This document shows, one piece after another, positions 1-10,283 of a stretch of 64,000 nt of DNA (position 1 is the first letter of the stretch; each line of letters starts with the position of its first letter). A model generated the notes under the pieces. It was not told where the DNA came from. It saw only the letters and a program-made list of their open reading frames with translations, and did no database searches. The position numbers were made by a program, and so were the translations under genes. The DNA is from Polyangiales bacterium (GTDB taxonomy: Bacteria; Myxococcota_A; Polyangia; Polyangiales; Ga0077539): positions 320,001 through 384,000 of the forward strand of contig JBGARZ010000007.1 of assembly GCA_044229975.1 (NCBI GenBank), in the 5' to 3' direction.

Positions 1-616
1 TGACGCCGAGCACGGGCACGCGGGGCACCGCCGCGACGAGGGGCGCGAGCGCGGCGCGGAGGTCGTCGCCCGCGGCGGGGAAGTTCTCCGCGACGGTGAT
101 GAGCGTCGCGATGGTGGCGGGATCGCGACGCGGGAGGCCGTCGAGCGCGGCCTTGAACTCCGCGGGCCGCTTCTCGAAGTCGCACTGGCGGAGGAGGTCG
201 TCGATCATGCCCTGGAGGCCGAGCGCGCGGCCGTCGTCGGGCGAGTAGATGCGGGCGACGCCGTAGCGGTGCAGCTCCTCGATCTCGGTGGGGAGGATGG
301 TTCCGCCGCCGCCGCCGAAGACGCGGGTGTTGGCTCCGCGCTCGCGGAGCAGGTCGATCATGTACTTGAAGTACTCGACGTGGCCGCCCTGGTACGACGT
401 GATGGCAATGCCCTGGACGTCCTCCTGGATGGCGCACTCGACGATCTCGGAGACGGAGCGGTTGTGCCCGAGGTGGATCACCTCGGCGCCCGACGCCTGC
501 ATGATGCGGCGCATCACGTTGATGGCGGCGTCGTGGCCGTCGAAGAGCGAGGCCGCCGTGACGATGCGAACGTGGTGGCGCGGCTTGTACGGAGCGGGCG
601 CGTCGATGGTCTTCAC
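1..616 (-). CDS. icmF: Fused isobutyryl-CoA mutase/GTPase (methylmalonyl-CoA mutase family), N-terminal B12-binding part; runs off the window
   Basis: Manual translation from GTG at 616: [55 protein letters not shown]...[18 protein letters not shown]...VFGGGGG, the characteristic IcmF N-terminus. Absent from the ORF track because its stop lies outside the window. Confidence 0.88.
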   Translation of the reverse strand, partial: MKTIDAPAPYKPRHHVRIVTAASLFDGHDAAINVMRRIMQASGAEVIHLGHNRSVSEIVECAIQEDVQGIAITSYQGGHVEYFKYMIDLLRERGANTRVFGGGGGTILPTEIEELHRYGVARIYSPDDGRALGLQGMIDDLLRQCDFEKRPAEFKAALDGLPRRDPATIATLITVAENFPAAGDDLRAALAPLVAAVPRVPVLGV

Positions 617-682
617 GCGCGGAGAGTAGGAGGGCGGGCGACGGGGAGACAAGCCCGACGCATTGTCGCGGGGCGCCGTTTG

Positions 683-2203
683 CTACAGAGCCAGCAGGCG
701 CGCGATTCGTCCGGGCTGCGCCCAGTTGCAGGTGCCTTCCATCCGGTGGGCCCGGAGGAGTGGTTCGATCACATCCGGTGCGAGCGCGCGGAGCGCACGA
801 TCGCCCTCCGCGCGGCTTCGCACCGGGACATAGGCGTGGAGGGCCTGGTTGCCCTGCCACGGCGCGCCGTCGACCGACCCGAGCAGCACCGGTCGAAACG
901 TCGATCGGCCATACGCCTCCCAGGCCACGCGGTACGGCGAGAACGAATACGCTCCGACGCCGAGCAGCGCCCACCACGCGCCCCGCTTCAAGTGGGACGA
1001 CAGCATGGTTCCCCGACGCGCACGGAGTCGCTCACCATGCGCGTCGAGGTAGCGGGCGAGGTCGGGCTCGGCGTCGATTGCGTCTCGATCGAGAGGGTGT
1101 CCCGTGACGCAATCGTGGGGGACGAGAACCCACCGGCGCGGCGTGGTGTCGCCGTCGCGCAGGGTCGACGCCGTCATCAGTGGGAGCACATAGCGGCGGG
1201 GCAACCTCACCCCGTTGAGTGCTGCATTGCCCACGACCACGCTCTCGCCCTTGCGCTCCAGTCGGTCGAAGACGAACAGCTCCGTGGCTCCGCCAGTGTT
1301 CACGCCCTGTCGCGGGCGCCAGAGGTCACGTTCGCCGCGGGTGGCGCCAGGGTCGCGCACCTTGATTGCAGCCGGTGGTTCTTCGTGGATGCCGAGCGGC
1401 CCGACGCCGCCGTCGGTCGGAGCAGCATGGCGTCGCACCCATCGCTCGCCCTCGCGCACATGCCAGGGCACCGGCCAGCGTGTCTCCGCGTCGCGCTCGA
1501 AGGTCACCAGTCCGTAGCGGGTCGCGACGTCCGGGAAGAGCGGAGCGTCGCGGTGGTCCCAGACCTCGCGCAGCGCGTACCGAACGCCCTCGACCTCGTG
1601 GCGACGAAAGCCTTCGTGGGCGCCGTCGTTGAGGTAGAGCGAGAGTGGCGCCAGAAACACCGCCCGACCGCCCTCGCGCAGGTGATGGCGCATCGAGCGT
1701 GCGATGACGAGCGCGGCGAGGTCGATGCGCGAGCCGCCGAGCAGGAGCCTGCGTGGGTCACCGATGAGCCCGCACGAGTGAAACAGGGGACGGAGGCGCG
1801 CCCGCTCCGACTCTGGGAGGTCGACGTAGTTCACCCACGGAGGGTTGCCGACGAGCAGGTCGACGACGGGGCCGTCGCGCAGGTCGAAGAGGTCGCGAGC
1901 AATCAGGTTGCGCGCTGGGAGCTTCACCCCGAAGCGGTCGCGCAGTCGGGTGGCTAGCGAGGCGAGCTGGGCGGCGTCGCGCTCCACCGCGAAGAGGCGG
2001 TTGAGAGGTAGTCGGTTGTGGGCCAGACCGCGTTCGACGGCGAGGGACACCAGCGCCTCCAGGAAGCTGCCGTCGCCCGCGGTCGGGTCGAGCACCGAAG
2101 CCCCGGCGAGCCAGGCCGACAGGATGCCGTGCGTCTCGACGATGTCGCGTGCGACCGCGAGGGGCGTGAAGACCTGACCGATGTGCGTAGTGCGCGGGCT
2201 CAC
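683..2203 (-). CDS. N6-adenine DNA methyltransferase (gamma-class motif order)
   Basis: GQVFTP (motif X), VLDPTAGDGSFL (motif I), VGNPPW (motif IV); start overlaps the stop of the upstream gene. Confidence 0.85.
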   Translation of the reverse strand: MSPRTTHIGQVFTPLAVARDIVETHGILSAWLAGASVLDPTAGDGSFLEALVSLAVERGLAHNRLPLNRLFAVERDAAQLASLATRLRDRFGVKLPARNLIARDLFDLRDGPVVDLLVGNPPWVNYVDLPESERARLRPLFHSCGLIGDPRRLLLGGSRIDLAALVIARSMRHHLREGGRAVFLAPLSLYLNDGAHEGFRRHEVEGVRYALREVWDHRDAPLFPDVATRYGLVTFERDAETRWPVPWHVREGERWVRRHAAPTDGGVGPLGIHEEPPAAIKVRDPGATRGERDLWRPRQGVNTGGATELFVFDRLERKGESVVVGNAALNGVRLPRRYVLPLMTASTLRDGDTTPRRWVLVPHDCVTGHPLDRDAIDAEPDLARYLDAHGERLRARRGTMLSSHLKRGAWWALLGVGAYSFSPYRVAWEAYGRSTFRPVLLGSVDGAPWQGNQALHAYVPVRSRAEGDRALRALAPDVIEPLLRAHRMEGTCNWAQPGRIARLLAL

Positions 2204-2892
2204 GGGTCACTCCGCGAGCTCGTAAAGTCACGGTAAGCCCTCGCGGCGAAGGCAGCGAGGTGGTCGCGTCGTCGCGTCGCTACAGCCGCGACGGTCTCAT
2301 AGTGCGACTGCGCCTTGGCCACGAACTCCTTCAGGAACGCGCCGAGCGATCGGTCCCACTCGATCTCCGCCACGACCTCTGCGATGCGACGATCAAGGCG
2401 CACCTGACCGGTCCCGAGGTTCTCAATACGCAGGTCAGCGGTTGGCAGGCAGTGGAGGGGCGCGGCGATGATCGAAGAGACCTTGCGGACATCCGTACGA
2501 CCCGAGATCGCCTCGTGGGTCAGTTCGAGCACGATCAGGGTGCCGGTCTTGGTCGCATCCTTCCCAGCGAGGAATCGCAACAGATTTTCGACCGAGCACA
2601 CTCCTCCGTCCGAGTACTTCGCCTCGTCGGCATCGGCCGTCTTGACGTCGACGCCGTAGAAGGTCGATCCCACTCGACACGCCAGATCGTAGAGCGTGCG
2701 CCTCCCCGGTCGCGCCACGGCGACCCAGTTCTCGGCCGCGCAGATCGCCTCCCAGCGATCGACGATGAGCTTCTCGGCCTGACCGCCGAACGCTCGCGAG
2801 TCTTCACGCGCCGGGAGTTGGCCATCGTGCGGAAGGCACCCGCGCGCGACGAGTTGCAGGCGGTCGCAGAACTGCTTGGAGGAGTTGCTCAT
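2200..2892 (-). CDS. Putative PD-(D/E)XK restriction endonuclease
   Basis: AFGGQAE...LYDLA...YGVDVKT pattern; 230 aa; 4-bp overlap with the methyltransferase gene; GGA upstream of ATG. Confidence 0.6.
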   Translation of the reverse strand: MSNSSKQFCDRLQLVARGCLPHDGQLPAREDSRAFGGQAEKLIVDRWEAICAAENWVAVARPGRRTLYDLACRVGSTFYGVDVKTADADEAKYSDGGVCSVENLLRFLAGKDATKTGTLIVLELTHEAISGRTDVRKVSSIIAAPLHCLPTADLRIENLGTGQVRLDRRIAEVVAEIEWDRSLGAFLKEFVAKAQSHYETVAAVATRRRDHLAAFAARAYRDFTSSRSDP

Positions 2893-2938
2893 GGAAGGCG
2901 AGCGTCGATGCTACCCCGTCGAGGCCAGAGCGGGGCCT

Positions 2939-4936
2939 CTACGACCAGCGTCGACCGAACCATCCCAACCACGGCCACGTGCACCAGCTCGCCACCGCGC
3001 CGCCGAAAAGATCGCCGTCCGCAGCGCCGACGGAGACCCACGACGCGGTCGCCGCGATGCCCGACGCGCTCCCCATGAACAAGTGGGCGGAGCCGTCGAA
3101 GTTGCGACTGGCGGAGTGGGTGTTGGGCGTTCCGACGATGAGGTCGTCGTAGCCGTCGCGGTTTACGTCGCCCGCACCGGCCAACGACAGGTTGTTCCAG
3201 TTGGCGCCCGTGAGGACCCGCGCGGCGGTCGTGGTGACACCCATCGAGCCGCCGTGAAACACCTGCACGCTGCCGCTCTGCGCTCCCACGGCGAGGTCGC
3301 CGTAGCCGTCGCCGTTGACGTCGCCCGTCGTCGCGACGGCGCTGCCGAGGAGGTCGCTCGCTGCGCCGCCGAGGACGCGCACCGCGCTCGCCGACAGGCC
3401 CGACGATCCGCCGTGGAAGACGCTCGCGGTGCCCGCCGCGACGAGCCCGCCCGGGCTGGCGCGCGGTGCCCCGACCACGACGTCGCTGTAACCGTCGCCG
3501 TTGAGGTCGCCCGCGCTCGCCACGCTGCTGCCGAGGAGGTCCTCCGCATCGACGCCCTCGATCACCCTCGGCACCTCTCCGACGCCTTCGCTGCTGCCCA
3601 GGAACACGCTCGCCGTCCCCGCGTGGGTGCGTGCGCCGACGGTCGCGTACGCCGCGCCGATGATGACGTCGTCGTAGCCGTCGCCGTTGATGTCGCCCGC
3701 GCCCGCCACCCTCTGGCCGAAGAGGTCGCCCGCCCCGCCGCCGTTGAACACCCGCGCCGCGAGCGGCACGACCCCGTCGGCGCTCCCGAGAAATACGCTC
3801 GCCGAGCCCGCCTCCATGCGCCCGTCCGGGTCTGCGTAGGGTTCTCCGACGACGACGTCGGCGTATCCGTCGCCGTTGACGTCGCCGACGCCCGCCACCG
3901 ACTGCCCGAACTCGTTGCCTCGCGCGGAGCCTCCCAACACACGCGCCGCCGTCGTCGCGACGCCCGACGCGCTCCCGTGGAAGACGTACGCCTCACCCGC
4001 CAGGCCGAGCCCTCGCGGGCTGCCGCCGATCGCGCCGACGATGAGGTCGGCGTAGCCGTCGCCGTTGACGTCACCCGCGTTGGCCACCGAGAAGCCGAAC
4101 GCGAATCCACCCGTCAGGCCGGGGCTCTCCAGCACGCGGTCGGCGCTCGCCGCGAGGCCCGACGGGTTGCCGTGGAAGATGCTCACGGCGCCCATCTGCG
4201 CGAGCGATCGGACGGAGACGTTCTTCGCCGCGACGACGAGGTCGTCGACGCCGTCGCCGTTGACGTCGCAGTGGGGCGCGGCGCTGGTGTCGACGCTCGT
4301 GCTCGCGCTGGTGGCAGGCACGTGAAACAGCCAGGTCGGGCTGTACGCGGCGTCGGTCGTCGCGCCCCTTCGCCCGCGCAACCGCCAGAACACCACGCTG
4401 CGCGCCGGCAGGTCGGTCAACGGCCGAGCGCTGCTCCCCGTCACCGAGCGCGTCTCGATCACCATGGTGCACGCACGATCGCGGCACAGCTCCAGCACGG
4501 CGCCGTCGTAGCCCGGGGGGAGCTGCCACCGCAGGGTAGGACGGCGTTGCGTCACGTTCCCGAGCGAGATGGGCGCGATCGGTCGGGGAGCCGTGAGCGC
4601 AGGAACGTCGGCCGCTGGGACGTCGACGGGCACATCCGCGCGAACATCGGCGAAAGGGACGTCGATCGTGGGGACGTCGATCGTGGGGACGTCGATCGTG
4701 GGGACGTCGACCTGTGCGTCCGCAGGAGCGTCGATCGCTGGGACATCGGTCGGCGCGTCAGCGGGAGCATCGATCGCCGCGACGTCGGTCGAAGCGTCGA
4801 TCGCGGGGACGTCGACTGTGACCTCACTGGTGTTCACATCGACTCCTGCGTCGTAGGCCCAGGTGTCCCGAACGCACGCCGGGGCGCACGCCAGGACCAC
4901 CAGCACACCGAGCCAACCACCCGCGACAGGAGACAT
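2939..4936 (-). CDS. Secreted FG-GAP (integrin-alpha-like) repeat protein
   Basis: About seven GD(V/I/L)NGDGYxD(L/V)xxGA repeats; N-terminal signal/lipobox and a D/V/P-rich linker. Start at ATG 4936 is inferred. Confidence 0.88.
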   Translation of the reverse strand: MSPVAGGWLGVLVVLACAPACVRDTWAYDAGVDVNTSEVTVDVPAIDASTDVAAIDAPADAPTDVPAIDAPADAQVDVPTIDVPTIDVPTIDVPFADVRADVPVDVPAADVPALTAPRPIAPISLGNVTQRRPTLRWQLPPGYDGAVLELCRDRACTMVIETRSVTGSSARPLTDLPARSVVFWRLRGRRGATTDAAYSPTWLFHVPATSASTSVDTSAAPHCDVNGDGVDDLVVAAKNVSVRSLAQMGAVSIFHGNPSGLAASADRVLESPGLTGGFAFGFSVANAGDVNGDGYADLIVGAIGGSPRGLGLAGEAYVFHGSASGVATTAARVLGGSARGNEFGQSVAGVGDVNGDGYADVVVGEPYADPDGRMEAGSASVFLGSADGVVPLAARVFNGGGAGDLFGQRVAGAGDINGDGYDDVIIGAAYATVGARTHAGTASVFLGSSEGVGEVPRVIEGVDAEDLLGSSVASAGDLNGDGYSDVVVGAPRASPGGLVAAGTASVFHGGSSGLSASAVRVLGGAASDLLGSAVATTGDVNGDGYGDLAVGAQSGSVQVFHGGSMGVTTTAARVLTGANWNNLSLAGAGDVNRDGYDDLIVGTPNTHSASRNFDGSAHLFMGSASGIAATASWVSVGAADGDLFGGAVASWCTWPWLGWFGRRWS
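4656..4710. repeat. 15-bp tandem repeat (GGGACGTCGATCGTG) x3+ encoding a DVPTI linker
   Basis: Directly visible inside the FG-GAP gene. Confidence 0.8.
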
Positions 4937-5089
4937 GCGCGACTCTCGCCCTACGGCATCCTTCGGTGTCAATGGCCGAGCGATGGCGCCCCCTGGACGG
5001 CGTCCTTGACGCTCGGAGCGCGCGTGCGGTAACCGTGAAACGCGGGATCGGACACGTCACAAACCCCCCACTGCCTACCGGTGAGCGCG

Positions 5090-5635
5090 ATGAGCCGAGA
5101 CGACGGTGACGAGGTTCTGGAGGCGCTGGAGGTTCGCGGGACGCTGACCACCGAGACGGGCATCTCGGCGTCCATCACGCGGAGCCACGAGGCCGAGGTG
5201 CTGCGGGTCGTCGACGCCGACGGTCGCCTGCTCTTCGAACACCACACCGGCACCCGCGTCACGGTCATCGTGGCGCCCGAAGGCGACCTCGAACTACGGG
5301 CGCCGCACGGCAAGGTGAAGATCGTCGCGTCGGGCGGGGTCGAGGTCGACACACCCACGCTCGACGCGCGGGTCGGCGAGGCGCGCGTCGAGGGCCGCAC
5401 GCTGAGCACCACCTTCGACCGGGTGCGCTCGGTGGTGGGCGTGCTGGAGACGCGCGCGGGGCGGGTGCTGGAGCGGGCGAAGAGCGTCTACCGCGAGGTG
5501 GAGGGGCTCTCGCAGACGCGCGCCGGTCGGCTACGGCTGGTGGCCGAGACCACGGCGAGTCTGTTGGGGCAGCGCACCGTGGTGAAGGCGAAGGAAGACG
5601 TGAAGGTCAAGGGCGACAAGGTCTACCTGGCCTGA
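5090..5635 (+). CDS. DUF3540-like T6SS/CIS-associated protein
   Basis: C-terminal LERAKSVYREVEGLSQTRAGRLRLVA...VKVKGDKVYLA is typical of DUF3540; adjacent to DUF4150 and DUF2169 genes. Confidence 0.75.
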   Translation: MSRDDGDEVLEALEVRGTLTTETGISASITRSHEAEVLRVVDADGRLLFEHHTGTRVTVIVAPEGDLELRAPHGKVKIVASGGVEVDTPTLDARVGEARVEGRTLSTTFDRVRSVVGVLETRAGRVLERAKSVYREVEGLSQTRAGRLRLVAETTASLLGQRTVVKAKEDVKVKGDKVYLA

Positions 5636-5657
5636 CGGGCGGAAGAGGAGAGAGCGG

Positions 5658-6065
5658 ATGTTTCCAGCGTCGTCCAAGGGTGGTGGTCAGTGCATGGCGT
5701 TTCCGGACGTGTGCAAGGTGCCCGCGCCGCCCGCGCCCTTCGTGCCGGTTCCGTTTCCCAACATCTCGATGGTGATGCAGGCGTCGGGCACGGCCAGCAA
5801 GGTGAAGATCTGCGGCAAGGACGCGGTCACCAAGTCCAGTGACGTCCCGCGGTCGCAGGGTGACGAGGCGGGCACGCTCTTCGGCATGATGAGCCAGGTC
5901 AACATGAACAAGACGACCTACAAAGTGGGCGCGTCCAACGTGAAGTTCCAGGGCGCCGACGCCGTCACGGTGCTCAAGCCCACGGGGCAGAACGGCATGA
6001 GCGCCAACGCCCCCGCCGGCGCGCAGATCGCCCCCAGCCAGACCACCGTCATCATCGTCGGCTGA
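5658..6065 (+). CDS. DUF4150 PAAR-like spike-tip protein
   Basis: AFPDVCKVP..PVPFPN, SQGDEAGT, PSQTTVII motifs; SD GAGGAG. Confidence 0.88.
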   Translation: MFPASSKGGGQCMAFPDVCKVPAPPAPFVPVPFPNISMVMQASGTASKVKICGKDAVTKSSDVPRSQGDEAGTLFGMMSQVNMNKTTYKVGASNVKFQGADAVTVLKPTGQNGMSANAPAGAQIAPSQTTVIIVG

Positions 6066-6105
6066 GCGCCTTCGCGCTCCCTAATCCCACCAGAGCTCAA
6101 TCAAG

Positions 6106-8415
6106 TTGCGGATCATCAAAGAGACTCCCTTCGAGTTCGGCTTCCTCCCGTGGCAGGTCAGGCCCCCGGAGGGGGCGCTGATGGTGTTCGTGAAGGGCAC
6201 CTTCGATCTCGTTCATGACGGCGTCTGCACCGTCGCCGCCGAGCAGTCGCTCATCACTGGTCCGCTCCACTGGGATGACGACCCCAACCAGTCGCTGCGC
6301 CTCGACGGCGACTTCGCCGTGCTCAAGCCGCGCGGCGAGTGCCACTTCGTCGGTCACGCCTACGCCCCCGGCGGAGAGCCCGTCGGCAGCGTGCTCGTCG
6401 GCTTTCGCGTGGGCCAGGTGTCGCGCAACCTCGCCGTCTTCGGCGACCGCACCTTCGACGGCTATGGCGCCGTCACCGCTCCCGTCCCCTTCGAGCGCAT
6501 GCCCATCCGCTGGGAACTGGCGTTTGGCGGTCCGAGCTACGCGCGCAACCCGCTGGGTCGCGGCATCGCGGCCGTCGACACCGAGCAGGGCCGCCGGGTG
6601 GCGCTGCCCAACCTCGAAGACACCTCGGAGCCCATCACCAGCACGAGCGATCGGCCGCGGCCCGCGTGCTTCGGCCCCGTCCCACCGAGCTGGGTCGAGC
6701 GCACCCGCAAGGCGGGGACCTACGACCAGCGCTGGCTGAAGACCCGCTGGCCCTGGCTGCCCGACGACTTCGACTTCTCGTATTACCTGAGCGCTCCGTC
6801 GGCGCAGCACATCGAAGGGTACTGGCGCGGCGACGAGGCCGTCGGGTTGCAGCACCTCGCGGCGTCGCAGACGGTGATCCGATCGAAGCTGCCGGGCCTG
6901 CGCGGGCGCTGCTTCGCGGAGGTGCGGCGGGGCGGGGCGGTGGAGTTCGTGGAGGTTCCGCTGCGGCTCGACACCGTGACGCTCGATGGCGACAAGGAGC
7001 AGGTGCAGTGCGTCTGGCGCGGCCTGCTCGAAGGCATCTCGGAGAAGCACACCGAGGTCGAGACCTTCTTCTTCATCCATGAGTCCATCGATGTCGGGTA
7101 TCCGCTCGACCATTATCGACAATGGATGGAGCGCAAGCGCGCCGAGGCCGTCGCGCTCGACGACGACCTCGAAGCCGAAGCGCCGCCCGCGGAAGAACCC
7201 CTCGCGCTGCCACCGTCACCGCCGACGCCCACCGCGGCGCTGCTGCTCGCGGGTCTCGCGCTGTCCATGGAGGAGAACGGTCCGACGCCAGGGGTCGATG
7301 CGGCCGCCCACGCGGCGCAGGTCGCGCAGGTGAAGGCGCTCGCCGCGGCGCCGCCCGAACCGCCGATGCCGAAGCCTTCCGAGGTGCGTGCGGGCATGGA
7401 CGCGCAGGGCATCGAGGTCCCCGACGAGCTGCGTGAGCTGCCCGACGACGAGCCCGCGGAGCCCGAGACGGAAGAAGAGCCGCCGGGGCTCACGCGTGAA
7501 GACGTGCTGCGGTTTCGTGCGTACGGGCAGCCCCTCGCGGGCGCCGACCTCACCGGGGTCGACCTGTCCGAGCTCGACCTGTCGGGGCAGGACTTCACTG
7601 GCGCCGTGATGAGCCGCGCCGACCTGCGCAACTGCGTGCTGCGCGAGGCGGTGTTCACGGACGTGGTGCTCGACCACGCCGACCTCACGGGGGGTGATTT
7701 CGTGGGCGCCAACTTCGACGGCGCCGACCTCACGGGCGCCGCGGCGGTGCGCGTCAACGCGGAGGGCGCGAGCTTCGAGGGCGCGACGGCCGAGGGCTCG
7801 GCGTGGACGGGGTCGCGGTTCTTCCGGGCGAACCTGAAGGGCGCGGAGTTCGTGGGCTGCACGCTCAACGCGTGCGACTTCCGGGAGAGCACCTGCGACG
7901 AGGCGGACTTCAGCCGCTCGCGCGGAGAGCAGGCGCATTTCGAAGGGGCCTCGCTGGCGTCGGCGACGCTGGAGGCGGGGCAGTTCGCGCGGGCGGTCTT
8001 CGATGATGCGGTGCTGACCAACCTGCGCGCGGACGAGGGCGCGGACTTCACCGAGGCGTCGTTTCGGAGGGTGAAGGCGGCGGACGCGCACTTCGAGCAG
8101 GCGACGCTGCGCGGGGCGCAGATGGGCGAAGGGGACTTCGACAAGGCGGAGTTCGCGCGGGCCAACCTGGAGCGGGCGACGCTCACGGCGGCGTCGCTGA
8201 AGGGCGCGCGGTTCCACGAGGCCAACCTGACGGGCGCGGTGATGCTGAGGGCCAACGCGATGGAGGCGAGCTTCGAGGCGGCGCTGCTGGTGGAGACCGA
8301 CCTGCGCGGGGCCAACCTGACGAGCGCCCAGTTGTGGCGGGCCCGCACCGAGCGCGCGCAGATGGAGCTCGCGCTGCTGCACCGCACCGTCCTCGACCCC
8401 GCCATTCAGGGATGA
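6106..8415 (+). CDS. DUF2169 adaptor fused to pentapeptide repeats
   Basis: VKGTF, VFGDR, WELAFGG, NPLGRG, LPNLE, AGTYDQRWLKTRWPWLPDDFD, LRLDTV, VWRG; C-terminal A(D/N)LxxA repeats. Confidence 0.9.
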   Translation: MRIIKETPFEFGFLPWQVRPPEGALMVFVKGTFDLVHDGVCTVAAEQSLITGPLHWDDDPNQSLRLDGDFAVLKPRGECHFVGHAYAPGGEPVGSVLVGFRVGQVSRNLAVFGDRTFDGYGAVTAPVPFERMPIRWELAFGGPSYARNPLGRGIAAVDTEQGRRVALPNLEDTSEPITSTSDRPRPACFGPVPPSWVERTRKAGTYDQRWLKTRWPWLPDDFDFSYYLSAPSAQHIEGYWRGDEAVGLQHLAASQTVIRSKLPGLRGRCFAEVRRGGAVEFVEVPLRLDTVTLDGDKEQVQCVWRGLLEGISEKHTEVETFFFIHESIDVGYPLDHYRQWMERKRAEAVALDDDLEAEAPPAEEPLALPPSPPTPTAALLLAGLALSMEENGPTPGVDAAAHAAQVAQVKALAAAPPEPPMPKPSEVRAGMDAQGIEVPDELRELPDDEPAEPETEEEPPGLTREDVLRFRAYGQPLAGADLTGVDLSELDLSGQDFTGAVMSRADLRNCVLREAVFTDVVLDHADLTGGDFVGANFDGADLTGAAAVRVNAEGASFEGATAEGSAWTGSRFFRANLKGAEFVGCTLNACDFRESTCDEADFSRSRGEQAHFEGASLASATLEAGQFARAVFDDAVLTNLRADEGADFTEASFRRVKAADAHFEQATLRGAQMGEGDFDKAEFARANLERATLTAASLKGARFHEANLTGAVMLRANAMEASFEAALLVETDLRGANLTSAQLWRARTERAQMELALLHRTVLDPAIQG

Positions 8416-8472
8416 GGGTCTAAGGGTGCGAGCCCCCAGGCGTCTCGTACCATCTCGCCCGCGAGAGCCGCG

Positions 8473-10221
8473 ATGACCGACACCCTCGCGTCCGTCCTCG
8501 AACGCTGCCGCGCCCACCGCGCGGGCCTCACGCGCCACCTCGTGCTCGCGCCCGACAGCCTGCACCGCGTGCTGCGCTGCCTCCGTTGTCAGCAATGGAG
8601 CATCGACACCCGCGTCTACGAGGGCTTCCTCCAGGTCGCCGACGGCGGTCAGCGCCCGTGCTGGAGCCTCGATGAGCTCCGCGCCTTCGTCGAGACCCAG
8701 CACCTCGCGCTGCACACCGTCGACCGCCTCGACCCGTGCCGCTGCGGTGCGCCCGCGGTCAGCCTCTCCCTCGTCGCGGCGCGCTTCCTCCACGCGATGC
8801 CCGGCAGCGGCGCCGAGCTCATAGTAGAAGTGTCCTACGAGCGCGATGAGGTCGTCTCGGTCAGCCTCGGGCGGGCCGTCGTGGGCGGCCCCGTGCTCGG
8901 CATCGACGAGCGCTCCGAGGAGGCGATCCATGGAGCCTTCGGGGTTCCGCTGACGGTGTGGGGTGCGTGGCGGAAGGTGGTGGCCGCCGAGCAGGGCGGG
9001 CTCATCGCGCTCGAAGAGGGACTCGCGCTCGCGGCCTTCCCCGTCGGGGCGGAGGACTTTCGCGCGGAGTTCGACGCGGGCCTCGCGGAGGAGCCCGAGC
9101 TGCGCGCCTACGGGCTCTCCACGCGCGTCACCGCCGACCCCTCCTGGCAGTGGCTCCGCACCAACCCCGACCTCGTCGCGCGGCCCGACACCGTGCTCGT
9201 GATGATGCTTCGCCACGACGTTCTTGCGGCACGCCTCGCCGCGCTCGCCGCCGCGCGCGGGGTCGATGCGCGACGCGATGGCGACACCGTCTGGTTCGAA
9301 GACGCTCCCGTTCGATGGCCCGTCGAGCTGCCCACCGTCGCCGAGGAGGGGCTGCGTCGCGGCTTCACCCTCTCGACCATGGCCGCCGCGGCGACCACCC
9401 ACGCGCTCGATCGATTGGAGACCCTCAAGACCTTCCTCGGGGCCATCGAGAAGCTGCGACCCGGCGTCTCCCTCGCCGTCGACGCGATGACCCTCACCGC
9501 CTCCGTCGATGGCGGCGCCGGTCGACCGATCGACCTCCGCGTCGCTCCCTTCGGACCGATCCCCGACCCCGCCACGCTCGACCGCGACCTGCGCTTCCAC
9601 CTCGACGAGGCGCCCGCCTGGAGCGACCCGTGGCGCGTCTGTCCCTGCGGCGCCGCGCGCTCCGTCGCCCTGCACCGCTGGCGTCGCGACGACCTCCCGA
9701 CGCTCGGACCACAGTCGTCCGATCTCGTGCTCGCGGACGATGACGACGAGGGCACCGTGCGGGTCTTCGCCGTCGCCTGTGATCGCCACGTCGAGTACGC
9801 GCTCGCGCCCCTCGTAGCCGCGCATCCTCGCACCCGCGAGGCACTCACGATGCAGGCCGAGCGCGACCTCGATCGACAGCGCTACGTCCTCAAGGTCGCC
9901 CCCTACGTCGACGCCGCGGGCAGGGTCGCCGCGCTCGTCGAGGGGGAGCACCTCATCGACGCCACGACGCACCCGGCGCTCGTCGCGGGCCTCGCGATGG
10001 CTGCCCTTGGTGGCGACGGTGCGGCCGTCATCACCACGCTCTCCCGCGAGCTCGCGGTGGTGGCCGCCGATGGGGTCGACGCCGAGCTCGTCGCGCGACT
10101 GGAGGAGGTCGGTCGGGTGCTCTGGACCCTCCAGCGAGGAACCTCCCCGACGCCCCTTCGCGTGACCTTCGCGACCGCGGCGGGAGCGGCGCGGGCGGGG
10201 GTCTTCGCGCGGGCGACGTGA
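8473..10221 (+). CDS. Hypothetical protein with CxxC/CxC Zn-binding-like motifs
   Basis: 582-aa ORF with genome-typical codon usage; CLRC...CRCG and CPCG...CDRH; lies inside the spike-accessory gene run. Confidence 0.7.
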   Translation: MTDTLASVLERCRAHRAGLTRHLVLAPDSLHRVLRCLRCQQWSIDTRVYEGFLQVADGGQRPCWSLDELRAFVETQHLALHTVDRLDPCRCGAPAVSLSLVAARFLHAMPGSGAELIVEVSYERDEVVSVSLGRAVVGGPVLGIDERSEEAIHGAFGVPLTVWGAWRKVVAAEQGGLIALEEGLALAAFPVGAEDFRAEFDAGLAEEPELRAYGLSTRVTADPSWQWLRTNPDLVARPDTVLVMMLRHDVLAARLAALAAARGVDARRDGDTVWFEDAPVRWPVELPTVAEEGLRRGFTLSTMAAAATTHALDRLETLKTFLGAIEKLRPGVSLAVDAMTLTASVDGGAGRPIDLRVAPFGPIPDPATLDRDLRFHLDEAPAWSDPWRVCPCGAARSVALHRWRRDDLPTLGPQSSDLVLADDDDEGTVRVFAVACDRHVEYALAPLVAAHPRTREALTMQAERDLDRQRYVLKVAPYVDAAGRVAALVEGEHLIDATTHPALVAGLAMAALGGDGAAVITTLSRELAVVAADGVDAELVARLEEVGRVLWTLQRGTSPTPLRVTFATAAGAARAGVFARAT

Positions 10222-10283
10222 GCGCGGCGGGAGTGTGATACATCGGTAGGACAGCGCCGCGAGAGGCGCGCGCGGAGGTGGCG

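Noticed and set aside
269..1957. 562-aa + strand ORF, and similar long ORFs at 2876-5032, 7216-9972, 9903-13022, 12478-16041, 30143-32836 and 53397-58298
   Set aside because: Antisense shadows of motif-bearing genes, expected in very high-GC DNA; no recognisable motifs.
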